DNA of 60,302 bases, counting the filler, from Catajapyx aquilonaris (taxonomy: Eukaryota), in assembly GCA_000934665.2 (NCBI GenBank). It is 2 parts of 2 records of this genome, joined end to end, with 100 filler letters (N's around TTAATTAATTAA, not from the genome) between each part and the next. Parts side by side here need not be neighbours in the genome. Positions count along the whole stretch, not along the records: positions 1 to 29,956 come from JYFJ02004713.1; 1 more part is not named here. One strand, written 5' to 3'. This document shows positions 1-13,700 of this stretch, one piece after another. A program made the position numbers and the translations under genes. The first letter of the stretch is position 1; every line of letters begins with the position of its first letter. The notes beneath the pieces are model-generated. The model was not told where the DNA came from. It saw nothing but the letters and a program-made list of their open reading frames with translations, and made no database searches.

Positions 1-2212
1 AATAAATATAAATAAAAAATTTGCCGCAAGTCGCGCCGTTTGCCGCGCGACATTTTTTTGTGAAAGGGCCTTAACACTAAGTGGGACACATGAAGTTTTC
101 AATGGCGTATCAGATGAACGAGAATAATTCCATATCGAATTAGGGGGCATCGTTCCTTTTCTTTTGTTTCTTGCCTCCATTGTGAAAGATTAAAGAGACG
201 GTTGTTTTTCAGTAATTACTTTGTAGTTTTGACGTAAGCCCATTTATCATTGGTGAAAAGTGTCATTCGCTTACGTGCCGCATCTGTTTCTTGGTATCCA
301 TTTCGCTATAGTTTTTGACGTCAGACAAATTACAAGCTGCTGGACCTGTTTTTAACGCCTTCTCTATATGTCGTAGGACGCGAAAAAAGTGTTTACGTCA
401 ACCAAAGTTCGTTGAACCTATCGGATGGCATCCCTGTATATTCGTATACTGACCAATCAAAATTCAACTTGCGGCCAATTTGTTCATAGCGCATATTTCG
501 TGGTGTAAAAACCAAACTGTACCATATTCAGCATAAAGATTGTACGAGTATTAAAATTGCACATCAATGCTGCATAAGCATTGTTCCCTCTTCGCATCCG
601 AAATGACATTTGAGTTCTGCACCGGAAGCCGACTTTTTGAACCAGACTTGTGCCATCGGCGTGTAATATGTACAGAGCTACTTGGACGTGGATAGTACGG
701 GAGTTTTATCTGTTATTTACTCAGGTCTGTAGCTCTTTTGGAGTCCATCCGGGCATCACCGGAAAGACGCGCGACAAACCGATCACAAAGAGGTGCCCGG
801 ATTGACCAATTCATTCATGGGCGAAATGTTCCCGGCTCCTACAAACGCGTATAGAGGCTTTGTAGCTCGGTTGTTAGCCAATCGGTTCTAGTTCCACTTC
901 CGGGTTGCAAATACGTCCTATTTAATGAGAGGGGACGCGACAATAAAGGGACTGCGTAGTTGTATGCCAGGCAGACAAAGCAAAGCTTTTTACTGGACCG
1001 TAAATACCTCGGGTATCGTCAATCTAGCGGAAAACCTGAAGTTCTCAAGCCGGAAACAAATTTTGCAAGGGTGGTTGGTGGCGGGATGTGTATCCAACCG
1101 TCTTATACTTTCATTGCAGTCAAGTTCAGCTGACGCTAGACACTGTGCCCACAGAGAGTACAGTACTTGAGGAGTCAACGCCATCGTGTACAACTTGTAA
1201 AAGTGGTGAATATTGCCTAATTTTCATTTGCTGACTCAGGTTTCCTTATTATTAAAAATAATTGGATCAACCGAATTTTTATGAATATTTTAACTAATAT
1301 TAACGTATAAGACTAACTGAAAAAGGGACAGGAGGCCGATACCCAAGGTTCAATTGTAATCTGAATACCAGATAGTAGCCCATTGGCATTTGACCCTCTA
1401 TTTAATACCCTTTTATTTCGTTTCATATGCCTGCTAAAGTTTTGTGACGCATTACACTCAAAGTATAGGCGGAATAGAGAATTTCATTGGGAGCCGGAAG
1501 AGAGTTTTCTTTGATCAATATGAGCTTCTGAAGCATGGTTCAGTTTCAAGATCAACAGTTTCGGGCTCAGGTGGCACACTCCACGGTCAAGTGGTTCACT
1601 GAACCTACGGAAACTCGACGTGAAATTTACAGGTCTTGAGTAGTCCCAAACTGTACGTTAAACAAACTGCGTGGTGTCCTTTCGATATATCTGAGGAAGT
1701 GTCCATGATGCAGCAAACTATTGTGCATTCTGAGAATTTTCGAATTCATCCCTGATGAGCATTGTTATTTTTAAAAAATATAACTCCTGCATTTATTAAT
1801 GCCTCATACAGAGCGAGGCATTTCCAATATTTAGACCAGGGCCTGGTTACAAACAATGCTTTGACAGCAGGATTCGACAGAGCTTCTGTCTTCTGTCGCT
1901 CAATAATGGCTTCTCTTTGAAGTGATTGCAGTAAATGTATGACAGGGAGCAACATGACAAACAAATCGCTCTCGACACTCGGATATGAATTCCACTGGTC
2001 AATGCAAACAAATCCGGAAGTAGTACCTATAGAATCGGAATATTTTTTGCATTGCAATTATTTGCAGAGTTTAATCTCTAATCATCCGTTCCCGCTGCAG
2101 CGAATTAATGTTGGTTACATTAACCCTAAATCATAGACTAGGTGACACTTTGCATACGACTACAATAATTAGTTCCAGAATATATTGCATTATTTTTTAA
2201 ACTTTCTGAAGC

Positions 2213-2280
2213 ATAATGGAAAGGGTGGCGAATACTCTCAGAGAGTTCTCTCTGAGAGTATTCGCCACCCTTTCCATTAT
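2213..2280. repeat. Perfect inverted repeat, 33-bp arms with a 2-nt spacer
   Basis: ATAATGGAAAGGGTGGCGAATACTCTCAGAGAG-TT-CTCTCTGAGAGTATTCGCCACCCTTTCCATTAT. Confidence 0.95.
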
Positions 2281-2670
2281 TTGAGACTCATGTTTTATTA
2301 CCACGTATAAAAATTTTAGTTAGCGACTTTATTTGAAAAGTTCAAGAATTGAACAATTGTTATTGTTCTGAAGTGAGAAATAATTCATTAGTGAATCGCC
2401 AGAACTATTCGTCCCACACAAAATACACCAATATAAGTTATATTTGGGATGTCTCATGAATCCATACCTGACGATATTGAATCGATCCCATCTTCGACCT
2501 TGGAAACCAAATGGACTTGGGATCATGAGCCACATAAATATAAATAAAGTTACATATTTGTCCAGCGGCAAAAAATAAACATGTATCTGGATAGGTGGAC
2601 AAACATATGTCTAAGGGAATATACACATTAACCCCACCCCGAGTCGGGACTGGCGGGTAACTCCCGTGTG

Positions 2671-2705
2671 TATATATAAGAGCGGGAGGCCATCGATTGG
2701 CAGTA
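2671..2705 (+). promoter_or_regulatory. Putative RGK core promoter (TATA box plus Inr-like element)
   Basis: TATATATAAG at 2671-2680 lies about 30 nt before GCAGT (2700-2704, resembling the arthropod Inr TCAGT), about 70 nt upstream of the ATG. Confidence 0.5.
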
Positions 2706-2770
2706 GGCAGTACGCCAAGAGCCCCGGTTGAGTGCGGACCAGAAGCACAAGTTCCTCCGCGGCCGCAGAC

Positions 2771-3342
2771 ATGGCTTCGGTGCAGCTGCAGACCCCTTCG
2801 ACCACCGCGGCCACCTCTTCGGCGACCATCCTCCCGACGGCAACCAAGACTGCTCCCAAGGCAACGGCCGAGGATGACGGCTTTTATGCCCAGATATCGC
2901 ACACCATCGACCGATTCTTTGCCGAGCTATCTCCTCCGAAGCGTCCAGAGCCTCCAGAGCGACCAAGGACCATACCCTCCAGTTCCTCAGCACCACTGTC
3001 TCCAGCGCACAAGGCCAGCAGGAGTCCTCAGAAGCTGCACGTGCCGCATCCCAGTCGTCACTTGATGGAATGGATTGGGCTGGGGGATGGAGGAGGTGGT
3101 GGTGGAGGAGGAGGGTTTGCGGCAGAAGAAGCGGCAGGGTGTGCTGGAGGACCCGGTGGCTGCAGCAGTGGTGCTGGAGCTGGTGGCGGTGGTGGATGTA
3201 GTGTTGGGGGTGGAAGTGGAGGAAGGAAGAGCCGCTATTCGGACTATTTAGGGGACCAAGCTGAGGACTGGGGCAAACAGGGCTTCTCCAGGAGACGATC
3301 TTCTTCCATTGCGGTTCCAAGGAGACCTCCCGATCTTAGCAG
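2771..3342 (+). CDS. Rgk: RGK exon 1 (Ser/Thr/Pro- and Gly-rich N-terminus)
   Basis: First ATG (GACATGG) after an in-frame TGA at 2729-2731. GC-rich coding-like stretch ending RRRSSSIAVPRRPPDLS. Donor AG|GTATAT at 3342/3343 is phase 2, matching exon 2. Confidence 0.75.
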
Positions 3343-4303
3343 GTATATTATCAGTATATTATCTTCTTGCTCAGAAATTGACAAATGTTGCATAATAATT
3401 AAGGCAGTAACTTCCTTTACTTTCCTACGAGCTCAAATATGGAGACTTTCAGCCACTTATTTGTAAGAAAAAAACTTACTTTTAGCATGTAGTAGTTAAT
3501 CTCAAGTATGATCATAAGCAAAAGTCAGCATGTTAATATGGGCAAAAATTTCCAGAAATCGATTAGAAAATGTTGTCGATGATATGGAAACCACATGCGC
3601 TTATAGCCTTATACCATGTTATGCTAATTGGTGCTTGGGTGAGCAATAATTGCACTCTGTGGTTGTTTTATGTACTGTTTGGCTAATTTTGGTGCCGTGC
3701 TGGTACTTTATCTGTATCCTCTATTAACAATTTATTAACAATTAATGTTCCATTGAACTGCAAACTGGTGAGGCATAGAGGGTTTTTTTACATTCTCCTG
3801 AAAAGTTCCTTTTCTGATTTGTATTGTTTTAAAAACAAAAAAACGGTATCTTTTTAGGCGCAAAGATTATTTTAGCTGAAATTACATATTCGTTAATATC
3901 TTTGTTTTATATGCAGTGACTATTATTTGTACCTGTTTCTTCATGTTCTCAACAGTTAGTTAAACCAGCGAAGATAAGCATATGAAAGTGTTAGTCAGAT
4001 GGAATGTCCTATCCTGAAATAACTTACAAGTCAGACATTTGCATAACAATCGCTCCTTTGAGTATAATAAATATTGGCCAGAGTATCACAGTAGTCAATT
4101 TATTGCTGTTATCTTATCACACATACAGACAAACCTGACTATTATAGCTCCTGAGGGATATCAGTAGTGAAAGTCCTGTTCCATTATTATGACGAATAGA
4201 AAAATGCTATTCAACCAACAGAGAAAGTTTATATCGAACTCAAAGTGATACATTACTGAATGTTAGTGCGTTATGTTACTCTAATTTAAGAAAAAGACAT
4301 GTT

Positions 4304-4382
<79 letters not shown>

Positions 4383-7300
4383 CTTACAATGAGATTAAAC
4401 TAATAATGGGAATTTAAAAAACTAATCTTATAGAGAATTACATCTACTGGTGCTGGTGCTGATGATGATGATAACAACGATGATGAAAATAAAAATATGG
4501 ATAAATCGCAATGCACAATTTCATGATCACCCATATACTGTAGGTCAAATGAAAATTTTTACGCCTTTCGAACCCAAACCCACGCTACGAACATTCCACT
4601 TTGAACTCGGGAAGGTTTATTGCACAGCATTACTTTTTTGCCAAGTGCATGCTTATAGGTCATATGCATTCGCTTGCAGAATATTAAACGCAGAAATTAA
4701 GGCAAAACTGTTCGAGTAAATCAATTAGGACAAGGTGGAAACGACCGGGAATATTAATAAGCGGCAAGTGCACAAAATTGTTAATAAACATGGCAGTCTC
4801 CTAGAATTGGTAAGTTTGCAGCTTACAACTCTATTCACCTGCAAAATAAGACGCCACTATTTTGTAATAATAATTTGTAACTATACTGCATGTGTTTAAT
4901 TAGGCTTATAACCACAGTTGTTTAGGTAACAGTACCATCGATTTTTAAATGATAATTTTCACTGCCTCACATTGGTTGTGTATCTGATAACCACTGACTC
5001 ATTACTGTAAATGTACAGTACTATTGCAGTTGCATTAATCATAAGGCTTTGTTATTAATAGCACTGATAATGCTTCAAATGTATAAAATTAATTGGGACA
5101 TAGTAAGAGATATGGCAAAATTTTCAACTTTCTCATCATGTATTGATTTTGTTGTGCCCTTCGAGTACCGGTACTCTGCTGTATATCCCAAGCAGGAAAA
5201 TCTGATAACTGTAACCTACACACGTTTATGCTCATAGTAGGCGTGAACCTTTCTAATTAATTATGACACATGTTGGTATCAATCATTGTTTATGCGGCAG
5301 AACTGACTGCCGCAACATTAAGCAGTGGTAAAGTATCGCAATTGATTTATTTAAGTGAAAGTAATTAATAAAGCAAGCTCTTAAAAGGTTGTAACGCTGT
5401 CCATGATAATTGAAAATCAATACACGATGGTGGCGTGTGTGAAATAGAGAAAGGTAGACAAAAAAAAGGCGTCCAACTGATGAGAAGTTTCTGAAGTTCA
5501 CGGAGTCAACTATCGCCATCGTTATGGTTAATCTTCTACTCCCCCGTACAGTTCTGGTAATTGCAATTTCACGTGTCCGTTTCTTTTCATTTAGGTCCCT
5601 CAAGGCCTATCTTTCAAGAAAGTACCGTGTCCTGATCACTGGCATTTTAAAGAAGTCACTGCACTTTACCTGAAAATGAATAGATTCGTGTCTTCGGACT
5701 AATAAAGTTCAATATAAAGTTCATACATGTTAGAGCATGGGGCAATCATCGATAAGAAACAATAGTCACCGAATCCCCTACATATTTGCAACAGCTCGTA
5801 ATGGTCTTGGGAGCGTAAATGATAGCGAATGAAAAAGGAAAGAATGAGTTCCAACATCCCCTTTCAGTGATGAAAAGGACTCTGGTTCTCCCATTCCCCT
5901 TGGGCTCTATGAGAAATGTAGTTGAGCAATTTCAGGTTGTAACCCCAAAGGGATTCGTATATTATATATAGCAACCTCAAGAAAACATGAGGAAGCAACT
6001 GGTGCTATATAACAGACCAATCGACTTTTTCTTTTTCTTTTTTCTTTTTCTCTACACCCCACGCTCCTTTTTCATTTTCTTTCTCAAGTTCCTTCACCAC
6101 AACTTGTCAAAAGGTCGACGACAGAAAATCAGTCGCGCTTTAGATGAGCAACATAAGTCTTGAATGAAAAGGTGTTGGTTTCTGTCCGACCACCAACCAA
6201 GTGGGTGTCATAGCAACCCTCAGGGCACACCACAGAGACTGCCAATTCAGTTTGGTGCCAGGCTGAAGGAAACTTTCAATACTTGTATTATAGGAAAAGG
6301 TCTCGTTATCTAGGAGGCGAAAAGGGTCTTTCCCCCCGGAAACTGACGATGCCTCATGTACACACAAGGTGGGGAAATAATGAAGTTGCTAGATCAATTA
6401 GATGGGTGAATCTTATTCTGTCCTGGACAAACAATGGAGTTGTATAGCAGTTGAGGAGAATTTCAGTTTTCCAAGAACAGAAAATGGTTTTCGAAGGTGC
6501 CAGAATTTGCTGTAGGTGACTGTGTAAGGGCAGAATGAGAGAGGCAAGGGTTGACCCTGTTCTGCAGTTATGTAGATTCATGAGTAGGGTGCGTAGAGAA
6601 GGGGACTGTACTAAAAGGTCCCTTGCGGGTGAGGTTGATGAACTTTGGCTGCACTACTTGAGAATCAGAAAGAGCACGTGGTTGGTCAGATATTCAGCTG
6701 GCATATTGTTGCCAGGAAGACACATATGAGATTTTACATGAATGTCCTATAGAAAATATTTTAATTACAACACATTAAACAACTGATACACTATATAATT
6801 ATGATAAAATAGAATTCATCTCAAAAATCAGAGTATGCAATTAAAACGTATACATTTTGAGCAGCTTTCCCTGAGGCTTCTATTATTAACATGCCTCCTA
6901 TTTGTAGAAAGTAATACTACAGCTTGGATTTAAGATGGCACTTTTCCAATGCGACTCCACAACTACGCAGTTTTATGCCCATATAATCCCTTTGTAGCGC
7001 AGACAATTTTCTCCCGCAACTCATTGGAGCAAGAATAACCCCGGGGAATTGGGAACGTGACGGGAAGATCCCAATGGATGCTAAGTCGTCAGGAAAACCA
7101 TTTACAGCCTTCTACTACCAAGTCCTCTTCCGATTACGAGGTTCTTTCCTAATGTTTGCATGTCTTGATTCGCATAGTGCAATACTGCCAATACACCGCA
7201 GCAGTCACGTCAGCACAATATTAGTAAGGACCCGTTCCTGTAAGGCACAACCCTTTTACTAATACTGTGTTGACGTGACTCCTGTACCATATCTTGAATT

Positions 7301-10300
7301 AAGAATTTATCCTAAACGTTAGGATCGATTCAAGGAATGAGTTCAAACTGCTACTATCTATAGCAAGAGAGAATAGTTCATTGCATTATCAGTCGCCCGA
7401 ATTATATTGTATATGTAGAGCATCTAAAATATCATTGACAATCCTCATAGTACTATTACACTATAATTATGTACTACCCTATTTCTAAATATTTAACACT
7501 AGGTTGATGATGTCGAGTGGCTAGAAATTTTCTGCGATTCAACAATTCATACCTATATAATCCTTTGGGCTTAGGGGAGGCGAAGTGGCGCTGCGGTAAC
7601 GTATGCGCCCGCGGATGTTAAGGTCCCGGGTTCGATCCCAACCCGGGGTCCCCCCCCCCCCCNTCCACATATGCCACCCGGGGGAGTTCACAAAACGGCA
7701 CATCAACGTCTGTGCACACGCACTTTGCACATCCCCTCCCAGTTTCCCTGCCCGTGGGTCCGGGCGTATTCAAAAATAGACAACAGCCCTTTCCCTCCAA
7801 TGGTGGTAATCCACCCCCCTATAGACGAAACAGGTCATCACGGGGTACTTCAAAAAACAAAAAAACAAAATCCTTTGGGCTTAAATATTGTTACGGAATC
7901 CTTCTAAATTTTTAGCAGCATAAAAAACACACCTTTACCTATACTATTGCGCACAAACATGATCTTAACTGAAGCATATTCTCGGGCATATACAGTACGT
8001 ATTGAGGTATTGTTAACTGTGCTATCAGAGTTTGGAAGCCTATGTCCGCGGTACTGCTAAACCTCAAAGCCCCAAAGCCCCAAGTTAATCAAGCAAAGGT
8101 CATTCATTTCATGGTCTGTAGCATGATCCGAATTCTTTGGAGGATGGTCAAGTACGTTGCACTTGAACTTTTAGAGAAGGACGCATGACTGAGTGAATAT
8201 GGCAGTTCTCATACAGGCATTACTCAAAGTCTCTAAATCGCTTTTTGATAGGATTTGCACGTACGTATATGGACGATTCCGGTGTGAATAGCAGATAGAA
8301 CGAGAATTTGAATATACAGTATAAGCAACCCCAATGATGGAAAATGCGGCTGCAGTACATTAAGAATTCAGAACAGGTTTTCCGCCACGCTTACTCGCCT
8401 TTTGAAATATTTTGGGGCCAACAAGACAAGCATCTATGGATATATGTAAGCTGTTAACTGCTGCATAAGCTTACTCGACCAATAACGTTAGCTCCAAAGC
8501 TGAACAAAATTGATTTCATGGACGTATGCCTATCATATGAACCTGACTCTTACTTTGATGCTGATCCCAATCGGAACGTCAAATTCTTTGCTCGTAGTTA
8601 TGAGCACTTGAATCCTCTCTGCCCGTTCCGCACTGCTTTTATGGCCTAGTCTACCTGAGCCCATTCCCAGCATCTGTGAGAGCCATCCGCACGTTTTCAA
8701 TCCCTCAAGCACCCTCGTTAGTATGGCCACATATGTAATATTCCCCGATCTGCAACACCGGACGGGAGCTTATGCCGAATTCGCGCTTTGAACTTGCATT
8801 TATGCGGCTGGGATAAAGCGAACAGCTATGTGTTCAATTCCCAACCATTCTAAATATAACTGTACAAATATAAATTAGTGCCCGGCCAAATCCACCGCTA
8901 ATCTCACATTGTGCACAATAATGCTACGCAGGTTCCTTATAGCGTCTATGGGCCAAATATGAAAAGGTCAAGGTTCGGCTCTCTATCCAACAAAGGTCAG
9001 AAACCACATCAAAAACCTATATCCTTAACCTGTTGCTTGAAAATGAGTAAATCCCAGGCAGGAGCGACCCTCTTTTATGTGTTCCTGTGGCATCGCATAC
9101 GAACGTGCGAGACAACCTAACAAGTTCTTGATTTACACCCAGATTATAGAGGCTAGCAAGCTCGTGACCTTCCACATTAATTTGCTCACAGAGAAAGGTG
9201 ACAATGTCCTCCAACTATAAACATCGTGAAATCCCATCTGGATCGTGCCGGATGCCAGTTCAAAACAGATGTGTCATTCATAATCCCCATCCATGCTCTT
9301 TTGGTCCTGTATACATATACATCCCCTGCGCAAATTCGCAATCAGGCCCCAACATCACGCCCTGCTCAATAAAGGCATGCCCCGAATATACCAACCAACC
9401 AGGCAGGCCTTAGTTGCACAATAGGGAGTCTCTGGGGCTTATCTCCTCCTCAGCAGGTCTTCAACATCTTGTTCTAAGCTGGCTCGCCATTAATCGCTTG
9501 CTTGTTGGCTGCCGACCCTTCCAGCTATGGGATTAGGCCTGAATTATTGATTGGCATTAAAATTGTTGTTCATAGCAAAGTCATTAAGAATAATCATCAG
9601 AATGGTCATTCTTAATGGGTGCCTAATTGCTATCTACTCCTAAATTATAATTACATTTGAATTGATATTTGTGGAAGTTTGAAGATTTCAATGTTTTCGA
9701 TACCTTTAAGCGTCATGTAAGTTAGGTCATTGGCTGAATAGTAAGGGAAGCTTCGGATTTCATGATCTAGTGCGAAGATTGGTGAAGGTTCGAAATCAAG
9801 GCTGGAACGTCGACCCCGACAGAGAACCCATTTATAGAATTTTCCACTCGAGTTGATGGAACAGCAGGTCCTTGACGGTTAAATGTGTGTCTGACAAATG
9901 AGAAATTCACCACCATCTGAACGACATTCCCAAAATAACAGCGGTAATTACTCCGCCTCACGACCATTCCACTGATGAGACGTTATTATTTTATAAATGC
10001 TCATGGTCCAGTGATGGACTCAACGTGCCATTCAGAAGTCTCATTCAGACACCGAAAAAAAAAATCTCTCACAAACTTGTATGGGGAAAGCAAGGTGGTT
10101 CACTGTCCAAAGTCACAGTTCAATTACAGAAAATGTGTACTGCTTATTCCAGTAACAGGTTGGAAGTAAATGTGTAATACTCGTTCTTTGAGGTAAGCAA
10201 CATTGCAAACTGTCGTACGCTAGGGAGTTGTATCACAGTGCAGATCGCGTGCTTTTTCAATAATTCATCAATCTTATTGATGGAATATGAATGCTCTTGT

Positions 10301-10623
10301 GGATGTCTGTCAATATGTTACGTGCACTGTAGACGGTCAGTGACCGACATTGATTTTTGCGGAAGGAATGCTTTAAAAATTCCCTTTATACTGATACGCC
10401 AAAAGCATTCATATTGACATGAGATAAATGCGCACTGTCATTTTTGTGCCGGATGGAAAACTTTACATGCTGTAAATTTTATAGCCATAGTCCATAAATA
10501 AACCAATGAATAGAACCTGGACGTCCTTTGCAAGCGAGTCAATACGTCACTAATGGCCTATTCAGCAATGATTAGTGCCATTCAGAACTTTTGAGGGGAT
10601 ATCGCAAACATTGTGTCGTCGTT

Positions 10624-10703
<80 letters not shown>

Positions 10704-13700
10704 TGCAGGTACTTCTCAGAGTCGTACGTTCTACAGAGACGCAGCGGAGGGATGTCTGGTGGGATATCCCCTCCTTTTGCTCACCGACGAGGAGGCAGCC
10801 CAGGGGCACCTTCCATGTCCCCTAGAAGGGCACCACTGTCCCCCTCGCCCTCCTCGCCTATCCACGACTCCAGCTCAGGAGAACCCTTCCGACAGAGGAC
10901 TGCTTCCATGCCCGCTGCTGACCAGGATGATAAGGTCAGCATATCTATTCTTACACCAATTTGCTTTACAATATTTGCCAGTTTCTCTCGAAAATGGCAA
11001 GTATCATGCTGCTCAACAAGCGAAACGTGATGTCATCACATATTGCTTATAATAATAACTCACCCACATACCACTGCGCAAAGTCGAGACAAAGGCTTTG
11101 GTAAAAAAAAAAATAGTAAGATCAATATAGCCTACACCAACACGGTCTTCCTTTGAGACTATGATGGCAGAGAGGAGTGACCTCAGAGAAGAAGTACCAG
11201 GTTGGGCATGCTACATTATTTGCCCCCCGTCACATCATTGTCGGGAATTCGTCCTCTCTTTTCCCTTAGGAATCCCTAGTCAAAAGACTTTACGTAAGCT
11301 GTCACAGAAACACAACGCCTTTCATGTTAGCTGTTAAGGTTTCAGGAATTTACTCCGCTGCATGACGCCTCTGAGAGTTGAGTACAATGGACTGCGATGT
11401 AATTTTCTCTTTCATGTAACTTACGATGCGTTTAAAAGTGTATTGTCCTAGGTTTGTGACGCATGTTCTGCAGTAAGTTAAATCTATAATATACTCATGT
11501 TGTGTAAATGTATCCAAAGGGATTTATGAAAGTGTGTTGACCTCTATTTTATTAAACTATACGCACCACCGAAATTGATTTCAAATATACAGTGATTTGC
11601 CGTCGTGGTGAGAGAAGCCTAAATTTTTATTCTGCAACCATGTTTTGTGGCTACGGTAATATCCGGAGTGTGGTATGCTGGCATAAATTGCGAATTATTG
11701 TTGCGACCAACTTTCTGAAACGTAATACCATGATGGTGCATATGTATATGAAGTTTCCTGGTATTATTCGGTAATTTCATACAATTCTACAGTTATAAAA
11801 ATAGCTATATGAAAAGTGACTGCATCTTTCAAGGCGTAGAAATAACATTCCTTACGAGTGCTTTTAAAAGAAGTTGGCTACTTAATATTCTTCTCTTACA
11901 ATCATTTCCTTATCAAGCTGTTGGACAACTTTACAAAAATACATCAATTAATAATTCTCTTTGCATTAATTCTGAATAAATTAGTATGCATGATGCAAAA
12001 GTCTTTTTAAATAACTGCATTAGTAGATTTGATGATGAAGAATTGCTCAAAGCAATTACTATGCTGCCGCAAGATGATTACAACTTTGTCACTTCATCAT
12101 GTGCTTGATTAATGACAAGTCTGACGCACTTGAGAACGTCATTGGAAATGTCCCACCCACGAGCGAGCCAATAAATGGCACTCCTGGGTGTTGGCAGTTT
12201 ATCAAATTGCTACTTGGAACCTCCTGTACTACGTAGCCCTATACAATAACTTGAATTGCAGCAGTGATTGACACACAATGTATCATGGAGTATAAATAGC
12301 ACGGTACCATCATAGCCCTGGTAGTTAGGCCTACTGCTTCGAATAGTTGATAGTATTCAGTCACATTAAATCATCAATGTACAATACAAATATAAATGCA
12401 CTCTACGATGTATGTGTAGCATGGATTGAGGATAGATGTAAGGACATCTGAAAAATACAGATCCCTCAGAATAATTACAGCAATCGAAACGTCAGAAAAT
12501 TCCTAAAAACGTTTGAATTTATACAGAAAAACTGTTCAAATGCGTCGAAAATACGTCTGTGAAAGAAACAGTATGTTCTCTTTACACTAATCCTACCATC
12601 GCAATTCAGAGATATATAACACAGTATATTGCAGTTCACTGTACGGACTACAGTGCTCTTCTACACTCTAATGAACAGATTTCAATTGAACCGATCTGGC
12701 ATGAGTGGGCCAAAAGGCCAATCCGGCAGTGCTCACCATATTACCGGTACTGGGCGGCATGCCGGTAAAGTCGGGTATGACCTGATTTGAGAAGAGGAAC
12801 ATTTGGTGAGCGAGGTTTGCCCACGTATTAATATTTTATAAGCTTGTTCAGATATTTCACCTTAAAAATACGTAACGTGTAAACTTTTGTAGTTAGATAT
12901 TAAAGGTGAAAATAGATCCTCTCCGCCTGTCCGCAATCAGTGTTGTACGCCCAGACATGCAGCTATAAATCATTTGCCAACTTGTACAATGAAAGGCGTC
13001 ATCCCCTCCACCCCATTCTGCAAGGCAGGTCTAATCAAATAATTTGTAACTCCAGGCCATATTATTAAAAACCAAGAATGTAGGAAAGAGTCTGTGGTTG
13101 TCGGTCGTGCTTGCCTTTTCTATAGGACATCCGGAAATGAGTTGAAGTGCCAAATAAATGTGCTTTGTGCTATATGATAAGTAGTTATTCTTTATCATGT
13201 TACTTTCTTGCTCTGCAGAATCGCCTTCTTTTTACTATTGCAGTTGCAGCTTACTGGTTTGTCAGAAGCTTCTTTTCAAAATGAGAACTCGCAATGTAGC
13301 TACTATAGCTACACATTCTGATTAAGGACCTTGTCATTTATTAGCTGTAACGCATTAAACTTTTGACATTAATTCAGCTGTATTTTATGCTCGCTATTAT
13401 GTTCTCGCCGTTTATTACCCGGTCTTTGCAATTCCACACGTGTCAAATATAGTGCAGTGTTTCACATGCATTATAGCCCTTTGAGATGCACGTTGGACGT
13501 GCTGTACTGTACCTAGTACAATATATGCATGCAGAGAAATCTATCGTTAAACTTACACAGAGCAACCAGATAACCAGCGAAAGGATCAGAACATGTGGTT
13601 GCTGAATAATATATTGATGCCATTGCGTCCTTATCCAGTGATTTTTTGCGATGAGGCACACTTTAGGTCACTCATGCAAAATCATGTAACATTTGTGACA

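Noticed and set aside
29..74. GC hairpin plus T-run resembling an intrinsic terminator
   Set aside because: Eukaryotic DNA; more likely the truncated right end of a MITE (…TGTGAAAGGGCC-TTAA), which cannot be confirmed without the left end.
2438..3320. Antisense and alternative-frame ORFs over RGK exon 1 (His-rich 230 aa and others)
   Set aside because: Shadow ORFs of a GC-rich, Gly-repeat coding exon.
5990..6730. Possible 3' end of a decayed LINE on the minus strand
   Set aside because: There is an A-rich tail-like tract and broken ORFs, but no recognisable RT or endonuclease motif.
7574..7650. tRNA gene
   Set aside because: A and B boxes are present, but the acceptor and anticodon stems do not pair. 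It is the head of a TSD-flanked SINE.
9780..9975. Possible reverse-transcriptase fragment
   Set aside because: Only a faint resemblance with several stops; not supportable.
10575..11052. Poly-Asn, poly-Ile and poly-Tyr ORFs
   Set aside because: These are translations of the intronic (TAA)n microsatellite; only 10709-10934 is exon. The poly-Tyr ORF at 46816-47103 has the same cause.
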